DNA of 64,000 bases from Eledone cirrhosa (lineage: Eukaryota). Position 1 is the first letter of the stretch; every line of letters starts with the position of its first letter. Below the pieces are notes generated by a model. The model was given only the letters and a program-made list of their open reading frames with translations, was not told where the DNA came from and searched no databases. Below, piece after piece: positions 55,301 to 64,000 of the stretch. The translations under genes and the position numbers were made by a program. The stretch covers positions 244,714,001 to 244,778,000 of the forward strand of contig OZ024741.1 in NCBI GenBank assembly GCA_964016885.1, written 5' to 3'.

Positions 55301-58300
55301 GCCACACATAGCCAATGATTGTCTGCACATGTACCAGTAATTACAGATCGATCCGACCACGGGTGGCCGGCCCGCGATTGAAAAGGTAACTCCGCCAGCA
55401 AATCGTCATTTTTGGATTCGTTTTCTTCGAAGCACACCATTCGCCGGCGGACTTTGTTGACGTTTAACACGGTTTGGTTCCACAGCCACAACTATTGATT
55501 TTACGGAGATATCTTGCTGAAATTCACGCCACACATACCCAATGAGTGTCTGCACATGTACCAGTAATTACAGATCGATCCGCCCACGGGTGGCCGGCCC
55601 ACGATCTAAAATGTAACTCCGCCGGCAAATCCGCATTTTTGTGATTAGTTTCTTCGAAGCACACCATTCGCCGCCGGACTTGAGCTTCCTCATTTAGCAT
55701 GGGCAGCTTTTCTTAAAAATCACACCACACTCAGCAAATGTGTGTCTGCACATGTACCAGTAATTACAGATCGATCGGACCACGGGCGGCCGGCTCACAA
55801 TCGAAAAGGTAACTCCGCCGGCAAATCCGCATTTTTGTGATTCGTTTCTTCGAAGCACACCATTCGCCGCCGGACTTCAGCTTCCTCATTTAGCATGGGC
55901 AGCTTTTCTTGCAAATCACACTACACACAGCAAATCTGTGTCTGCACATGTACCAGTAACTACAGATCGATCCGACCACGGGCGGCCGGCCCGCGATTGA
56001 AAAGGTAACTCCGCCAGCAAATCGTCATTTTTTGATTCGTTTTCTTCGAAGCACACCATTCGCCGCCGGACTTTGTTGACGTTTAACACGGTTTGGTTCC
56101 AAAGCCACAACTATTGATTTTACGGAGATATCTTGCTGAAATTCACGCCACACATAGCCAATGATTGTCTGCACATGTACCAGTAATTACAGTTCGATCC
56201 GACCACGGGTGGCCGGCCCGCGATTGAAAAGGTAACTCCGCCAGCAAATCGTCATTTTTGGATTCGTTTTCTTCGAAGCACACCATTCGCCGGCGGACTT
56301 TGTTGACGTTTGACACGGTTTGGTTCCACAGCCACAACTATTGATTTTACGGTGATATCTTGCTGAAATTCACGCCACACATAGCCAATGAGTGTCTGCA
56401 CATGTACCAGTAATTACAGATCGATCGGACCACGGGCGGCCGGTTTGCGATTGAAAAGGTAACTCCGCCGGCAAATCGTCATTTTTGGATTCGTTTTCTT
56501 CGAAGCACACCATTCGCCGGCGGACTTTGTTGACGTTTAACACGGTTTGGTTCCACAGCCACAACTATTGATTTTACGGAGATATCTTGCTGAAATTCAC
56601 GCCACACATACCCAATGAGTGTCTGCACATGTACCAGTAATTACAGATCGATCCGCCCACGGGTGGCCGGCCCACGATCTAAAATGTAACTCCGCCGGCA
56701 AATCCGCATTTTTGTGATTAGTTTCTTCGAAGCACACCATTCGCCGCCGGACTTGAGCTTCCTCATTTAGCATGGGCAGCTTTTCTTGAAAATCACACCA
56801 CACTCAGCAAATGTGTGTCTGCACATGTACCAGTAATTACAGATCGATCGGACCACGGGCGGCCGGTTTGCGATTGAAAAGGTAACTCCGCCGGCAAATC
56901 GTCATTTTTGGATTCGTTTTCTTCGAAGCGCACCATTCGCCGCCGGACTTCAGCTTCCTCATTTAGCATGGGCAGCTTTTCTTGCAAATCACACTACACA
57001 CAGCAAATCTGTGTCTGCACATGTACCAGTAACTACAGATCGATCCGACCACGGGCGGCCGGCCCGCGATTGAAAAGGTAACTCCGCCAGCAAATCGTCA
57101 TTTTTTGATTCGTTTTCTTCGAAGCACACCATTCGCCGCCGGACTTTGTTGACGTTTAACACGGTTTGGTTCCACAGCCACAACTATTGATTTTACGGTG
57201 ATATCTTGCTGAAATTCACGCCACACATAGCCAATGAGTGTCTGCACATGTACCAGTAATTACAGATCGATCGGACCACGGGCGGCCGGTTTGCGATTGA
57301 AAAGGTAACTCCGCCGGCAAATCGTCATTTTTGGATTCGTTTTCTTCGAAGCACACCATTCGCCGGCGGACTTTGTTGACGTTTAACACGGTTTGGTTCC
57401 ACAGCCACAACTATTGATTTTACGGAGATATCTTGCTGGAATTCACGCCACACATACCCAATGAGTGTCTGCACATGTACCAGTAATTACAGATCGATCC
57501 GCCCACGGGTGGCCGGCCCACGATCTAAAATGTAACTCCGCCGGCAAATCCGCATTTTTGTGATTAGTTTCTTCGAAGCACACCATTCGCCGCCGGACTT
57601 GAGCTTCCTCATTTAGCATGGGCAGCTTTTCTTGAAAATCACACCACACTCAGCAAATGTGTGTCTGCACATGTACCAGTAATTACAGATCGATCGGACC
57701 ACGGGCGGCCGGCTCACGATCGAAAAGGTAACTCCGCCGGCAAATCCGCATTTTTGTGATTCGTTTCTTCGAAGCACACCATTCGCCGCCGGACTTCAGC
57801 TTCCTCATTTAGCATGGGCAGCTTTTCTTGCAAATCACACTACACACAGCAAATCTGTGTCTGCACATGTACCAGTAACTACAGATCGATCCGACCACGG
57901 GCGGCCGGCCCGCGATTGAAAAGGTAACTCCGCCAGCAAATCGTCATTTTTTTATTCGTTTTCTTCGAAGCACACCATTCGCCGGCGGACTTTGTTGACG
58001 TTTAACACGGTTTGGTTCCACAGCCACAACTATTGATTTTACGGAGATATCTTGCTGAAATTCACGCCACACATACCCAATGAGTGTCTGCACATGTACC
58101 AGTAATTACAGATCGATCCGCCCACGGGTGGCCGGCCCACGATCTAAAATGTAACTCCGCCGGCAAATCCGCATTTTTGTGATTAGTTTCTTCGAAGCAC
58201 ACCATTCGCCGCCGGACTTGAGCTTCCTCATTTAGCATGGGCAGCTTTTCTTGAAAATCACACCACACTCAGCAAATGTGCGTCTGCACATGTACCAGTA

Positions 58301-61300
58301 ATTACAGATCGATCGGACCACGGGCGGCCGGCTCACGATCGAAAAGGTAACTCCGCCGGCAAATCCGCATTTTTGTGATTCGTTTCTTCGAAGCACACCA
58401 TTCGCCGCCGGACTTCAGCTTCCTCATTTAGCATGGGCAGCTTTTCTTGCAAATCACACTACACACAGCAAATCTGTGTCTGCACATGTACCAGTAACTA
58501 CAGATCGATCCGACCACGGGCGGCCGGCCCGCGATTGAAAAGGTAGCTCCGCCAGCAAATCGTCATTTTTTGATTCGTTTTCTTCGAAGCACACCATTCG
58601 CCGGCGGACTTTGTTGACGTTTAACACGGTTTGGTTCCACAGCCACAACTATTGATTTTACGGAGATATCTTGCTGAAATTCACGCCACACATAGCCAAT
58701 GATTGTCTGCACATGTACCAGTAATTACAGATCGATCCGACCACGGGTGGCCGGCCCGCGATTGAAAAGGTAACTCCGCCAGCAAATCGTCATTTTTGGA
58801 TTCGTTTTCTTCGAAGCACACCATTCGCCGGCGGACTTTGTTGACGTTTAACACGGTTTGGTTCCACAGCCACAACTATTGATTTTACGGAGATATCTTG
58901 CTGAAATTCACGCCACACATACCCAATGAGTGTCTGCACATGTACCAGTAATTACAGATCGATCCGCCCACGGGTGGCCGGCCCACGATCTAAAATGTAA
59001 CTCCGCCGGCAAATCCGCATTTTTGTGATTAGTTTCTTCGAAGCACACCATTCGCCGCCGGACTTGAGCTTCCTCATTTAGCATGGGCAGCTTTTCTTGA
59101 AAATCACACCACATTCAGCAAATGTGTGTCTGCACATGTACCAGTAATTACAGATCGATCGGACCACGGGCGGCCGGCTCACGATCGAAAAGGTAACTCC
59201 GCCGGCAAATCCGCATTTTTGTGATTCGTTTCTTCGAAGCACACCATTCGCCGCCGGACTTCAGCTTCCTCATTTAGCATGGGCAGCTTTTCTTGAAAAT
59301 CACACCACACTCAGCAAATGTGTGTCTGCACATGTACCAGTAATTACAGATCGATCGGACCACGGGCGGCCGGTTTGCGATTGAAAAGGTAACTCCGCCG
59401 GCAAATCGTCATTTTTGGATTCGTTTTCTTCGAAGCACACCATTCGCCGCCGGACTTTGTTGACGTTTAACACGGTTTGGTTCCACAGCCACAACTATTG
59501 ATTTTACGGTGATATCTTGCTGAAATTCACGCCACACATAGCCAATGAGTGTCTGCACATGTACCAGTAATTACAGATCGATCGGACCACGGGCGGCCGG
59601 TTTGCGATTGAAAAGGTAACTCCGCCGGCAAATCGTCATTTTTGGATTCGTTTTCTTCGAAGCACACCATTCGCCGGCGGACTTTGTTGACGTTTAACAC
59701 GGTTTGGTTCCACAGCCACAACTATTGATTTTACGGAGATATCTTGCTGAAATTCACGCCACACATAGCCAATGATTGTCTGCACATGTACCAGTAATTA
59801 CAGATCGATCCGACCACGGGTGGCCGGCCCGCGATTGAAAAGGTAACTCCGCCAGCAAATCGTCATTTTTGGATTCGTTTTCTTCGAAGCACACCATTCG
59901 CCGGCGGACTTTGTTGACGTTTAACACGGTTTGGTTCCACAGCCACAACTATTGATTTTACGGAGATATCTTGCTGAAATTCACGCCACACATACCCAAT
60001 GAGTGTCTGCACATGTACCAGTAATTACAGATCGATCCGCCCACGGGTGGCCGGCCCACGATCTAAAATGTAACTCCGCCGGCAAATCCGCATTTTTGTG
60101 ATTAGTTTCTTCGAAGCACACCATTCGCCGCCGGACTTGAGCTTCCTCATTTAGCATGGGCAGCTTTTCTTAAAAATCACACCACACTCAGCAAATGTGT
60201 GTCTGCACATGTACCAGTAATTACAGATCGATCGGACCACGGGCGGCCGGCTCACAATCGAAAAGGTAACTCCGCCGGCAAATCCGCATTTTTGTGATTC
60301 GTTTCTTCGAAGCACACCATTCGCCGCCGGACTTCAGCTTCCTCATTTAGCATGGGCAGCTTTTCTTGCAAATCACACTACACACAGCAAATCTGTGTCT
60401 GCACATGTACCAGTAACTACAGATCGATCCGACCACGGGCGGCCGGCCCGCGATTGAAAAGGTAACTCCGCCAGCAAATCGTCATTTTTTGATTCGTTTT
60501 CTTCGAAGCACACCATTCGCCGCCGGACTTTGTTGACGTTTAACACGGTTTGGTTCCAAAGCCACAACTATTGATTTTACGGAGATATCTTGCTGAAATT
60601 CACGCCACACATAGCCAATGATTGTCTGCACATGTACCAGTAATTACAGTTCGATCCGACCACGGGTGGCCGGCCCGCGATTGAAAAGGTAACTCCGCCA
60701 GCAAATCGTCATTTTTGGATTCGTTTTCTTCGAAGCACACCATTCGCCGGCGGACTTTGTTGACGTTTGACACGGTTTGGTTCCACAGCCACAACTATTG
60801 ATTTTACGGTGATATCTTGCTGAAATTCACGCCACACATAGCCAATGAGTGTCTGCACATGTACCAGTAATTACAGATCGATCGGACCACGGGCGGCCGG
60901 TTTGCGATTGAAAAGGTAACTCCGCCGGCAAATCGTCATTTTTGGATTCGTTTTCTTCGAAGCACACCATTCGCCGGCGGACTTTGTTGACGTTTAACAC
61001 GGTTTGGTTCCACAGCCACAACTATTGATTTTACGGAGATATCTTGCTGAAATTCACGCCACACATACCCAATGAGTGTCTGCACATGTACCAGTAATTA
61101 CAGATCGATCCGCCCACGGGTGGCCGGCCCACGATCTAAAATGTAACTCCGCCGGCAAATCCGCATTTTTGTGATTAGTTTCTTCGAAGCACACCATTCG
61201 CCGCCGGACTTGAGCTTCCTCATTTAGCATGGGCAGCTTTTCTTGAAAATCACACCACACTCAGCAAATGTGTGTCTGCACATGTACCAGTAATTACAGA

Positions 61301-61899
61301 TCGATCGGACCACGGGCGGCCGGTTTGCGATTGAAAAGGTAACTCCGCCGGCAAATCGTCATTTTTGGATTCGTTTTCTTCGAAGCGCACCATTCGCCGC
61401 CGGACTTCAGCTTCCTCATTTAGCATGGGCAGCTTTTCTTGCAAATCACACTACACACAGCAAATCTGTGTCTGCACATGTACCAGTAACTACAGATCGA
61501 TCCGACCACGGGCGGCCGGCCCGCGATTGAAAAGGTAACTCCGCCAGCAAATCGTCATTTTTTGATTCGTTTTCTTCGAAGCACACCATTCGCCGCCGGA
61601 CTTTGTTGACGTTTAACACGGTTTGGTTCCACAGCCACAACTATTGATTTTACGGTGATATCTTGCTGAAATTCACGCCACACATAGCCAATGAGTGTCT
61701 GCACATGTACCAGTAATTACAGATCGATCGGACCACGGGCGGCCGGTTTGCGATTGAAAAGGTAACTCCGCCGGCAAATCGTCATTTTTGGATTCGTTTT
61801 CTTCGAAGCACACCATTCGCCGGCGGACTTTGTTGACGTTTAACACGGTTTGGTTCCACAGCCACAACTATTGATTTTACGGAGATATCTTGCTGAAAT
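52367..61899. repeat. 4457-bp (21-monomer) tandem duplication; the first copy carries one extra 619-bp D-G-A trimer
   Basis: Six rare SNVs recur at offset 4457: 54657/59114, 55715/60172, 55799/60256, 56102/60559, 56193/60650, 56312/60769. GAATTC at 52363 and 57439 is offset by 5076 = 4457 + 619. Confidence 0.92.
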
Positions 61900-64000
61900 T
61901 CACGCCACACATAGCCAATGATTGTCTGCACATGTACCAGTAATTACAGATCGATCCGACCACGGGTGGCCGGCCCGCGATTGAAAAGGTAACTCCGCCA
62001 GCAAATCGTCATTTTTGGATTCGTTTTCTTCGAAGCACACCATTCGCCGGCGGACTTTGTTGACGTTTAACACGGTTTGGTTCCACAGCCACAACTATTG
62101 ATTTTACGGAGATATCTTGCTGAAATTCACGCCACACATACCCAATGAGTGTCTGCACATGTACCAGTAATTACAGATCGATCCGCCCACGGGTGGCCGG
62201 CCCACGATCTAAAATGTAACTCCGCCGGCAAATCCGCATTTTTGTGATTAGTTTCTTCGAAGCACACCATTCGCCGCCGGACTTGAGCTTCCTCATTTAG
62301 CATGGGCAGCTTTTCTTAAAAATCACACCACACTCAGCAAATGTGTGTCTGCACATGTACCAGTAATTACAGATCGATCGGACCACGGGCGGCCGGCTCA
62401 CAATCGAAAAGGTAACTCCGCCGGCAAATCCGCATTTTTGTGATTCGTTTCTTCGAAGCACACCATTCGCCGCCGGACTTCAGCTTCCTCATTTAGCATG
62501 GGCAGCTTTTCTTGCAAATCACACTACACACAGCAAATCTGTGTCTGCACATGTACCAGTAACTACAGATCGATCCGACCACGGGCGGCCGGCCCGCGAT
62601 TGAAAAGGTAGCTCCGCCAGCAAATCGTCATTTTTTGATTCGTTTTCTTCGAAGCACACCATTCGCCGGCGGACTTTGTTGACGTTTAACACGGTTTGGT
62701 TCCACAGCCACAACTATTGATTTTACGGAGATATCTTGCTGAAATTCACGCCACACATAGCCAATGATTGTCTGCACATGTACCAGTAATTACAGATCGA
62801 TCCGACCACGGGTGGCCGGCCCGCGATTGAAAAGGTAACTCCGCCAGCAAATCGTCATTTTTTGATTCGTTTTCTTCGAAGCACACCATTCGCCGGCGGA
62901 CTTTGTTGACGTTTAACACGGTTTGGTTCCACAGCCACAACTATTGATTTTACGGAGATATCTTGCTGAAATTCACGCCACACATACCCAATGAGTGTCT
63001 GCACATGTACCAGTAATTACAGATCGATCCGCCCACGGGTGGCCGGCCCACGATCTAAAATGTAACTCCGCCGGCAAATCCGCATTTTTGTGATTAGTTT
63101 CTTCGAAGCACACCATTCGCCGCCGGACTTGAGCTTCCTCATTTAGCATGGGCAGCTTTTCTTGAAAATCACACCACACTCAGCAAATGTGTGTCTGCAC
63201 ATGTACCAGTAATTACAGATCGATCGGACCACGGGCGGCCGGTTTGCGATTGAAAAGGTAACTCCGCCGGCAAATCGTCATTTTTGGATTCGTTTTCTTC
63301 GAAGCGCACCATTCGCCGCCGGACTTCAGCTTCCTCATTTAGCATGGGCAGCTTTTCTTGCAAATCACACTACACACAGCAAATCTGTGTCTGCACATGT
63401 ACCAGTAACTACAGATCGATCCGACCACGGGCGGCCGGCCCGCGATTGAAAAGGTAACTCCGCCAGCAAATCGTCATTTTTTGATTCGTTTTCTTCGAAG
63501 CACACCATTCGCCGCCGGACTTTGTTGACGTTTAACACGGTTTGGTTCCACAGCCACAACTATTGATTTTACGGTGATATCTTGCTGAAATTCACGCCAC
63601 ACATAGCCAATGAGTGTCTGCACATGTACCAGTAATTACAGATCGATCGGACCACGGGCGGCCGGTTTGCGATTGAAAAGGTAACTCCGCCGGCAAATCG
63701 TCATTTTTGGATTCGTTTTCTTCGAAGCACACCATTCGCCGGCGGACTTTGTTGACGTTTAACACGGTTTGGTTCCACAGCCACAACTATTGATTTTACG
63801 GAGATATCTTGCTGAAATTCACGCCACACATAGCCAATGATTGTCTGCACATGTACCAGTAATTACAGATCGATCCGACCACGGGTGGCCGGCCCGCGAT
63901 TGAAAAGGTAACTCCGCCAGCAAATCGTCATTTTTGGATTCGTTTTCTTCGAAGCACACCATTCGCCGGCGGACTTTGTTGACGTTTAACACGGTTTGGT

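Larger units (their letters stand above)
1..64000. repeat. Tandem satellite array of interspersed 227-bp and 196-bp monomers (about 300 copies) with higher-order repeat organisation; runs off both window ends
   Basis: The core motifs tgtctgcacatgtaccagtaa, cagatcgatc, cttcgaagcacaccattcgcc and ggactt recur throughout in one orientation. Successive monomer starts (tcac..., matching the low coordinates of the ORF track: 185, 412, 639, 866, 1093, 1289, 1485...) differ by 227 or 196 bp, with one 225-bp exception at 31900. Confidence 0.99.

Noticed and set aside
185-63786. Hundreds of 61-76 aa minus-strand ORFs (MWLWNQ..., MQEKLP..., MWCDFQ...) as a tandem gene family
   Set aside because: They are the monomer read in one stop-free frame, starting at non-ATG codons with no recognisable domain. 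N-termini change with the linker, many variants are non-synonymous, and stop-creating variants (ggctcacg in all G monomers, tttttttattc, gaatcacacc, gatcacggg) have spread freely. A stop at each head prevents a polyprotein.
1-64000. CRISPR-like array (conserved core separated by spacers)
   Set aside because: The core is 135 bp, far longer than CRISPR repeats; the spacers are only two recurring sequences rather than unique; no cas genes or leader.
1-64000. Hidden insertion, inversion, transposon or telomeric tract within the array
   Set aside because: Monomer spacing is continuous at 227/196 bp across the window, including gaps in the ORF track, and all ORFs lie on one strand, leaving no room for foreign sequence.
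1-64000. Assignment to a specific organism or named satellite family
   Set aside because: I do not recognise the monomer; no taxonomic call is supportable without a database search.

Overview
The whole 64 kb window is one uninterrupted, head-to-tail, single-orientation satellite array of about 300 monomers. I see no unique sequence, gene, transposon or inversion. Monomers come in two lengths, 227 bp and 196 bp. Both share a 135-bp core (tgtctgcacatgtaccag...ttcgcc(g/c)cggactt, e.g. 208-342), and cores are joined by one of two alternative linkers (92 bp or 61 bp). My labels for the SNV-defined monomer types are A, B, C (227 bp) and D, E, G (196 bp), plus chimeras F and H. They form a base 5-mer higher-order repeat (HOR) A-B-C-D-E of 1073 bp, with 423/619/846/1300-bp variants. 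Younger multi-HOR block duplications (1042, 1496, 1723, 1888, 1919, 2115, 2507 x3, 4457, 5045 bp) are marked by private SNVs. The repeated 61-76 aa minus-strand ORFs are by-products of the monomer sequence, not credible genes. The architecture most resembles a eukaryotic centromeric/pericentromeric HOR satellite; this is inference, and I do not recognise the family or organism. The most notable points are the core-plus-two-linker design, a 31-bp (about 3 helical turn) length difference with almost no indels, a constrained ordering of monomer types, and a high density of dyad symmetries.
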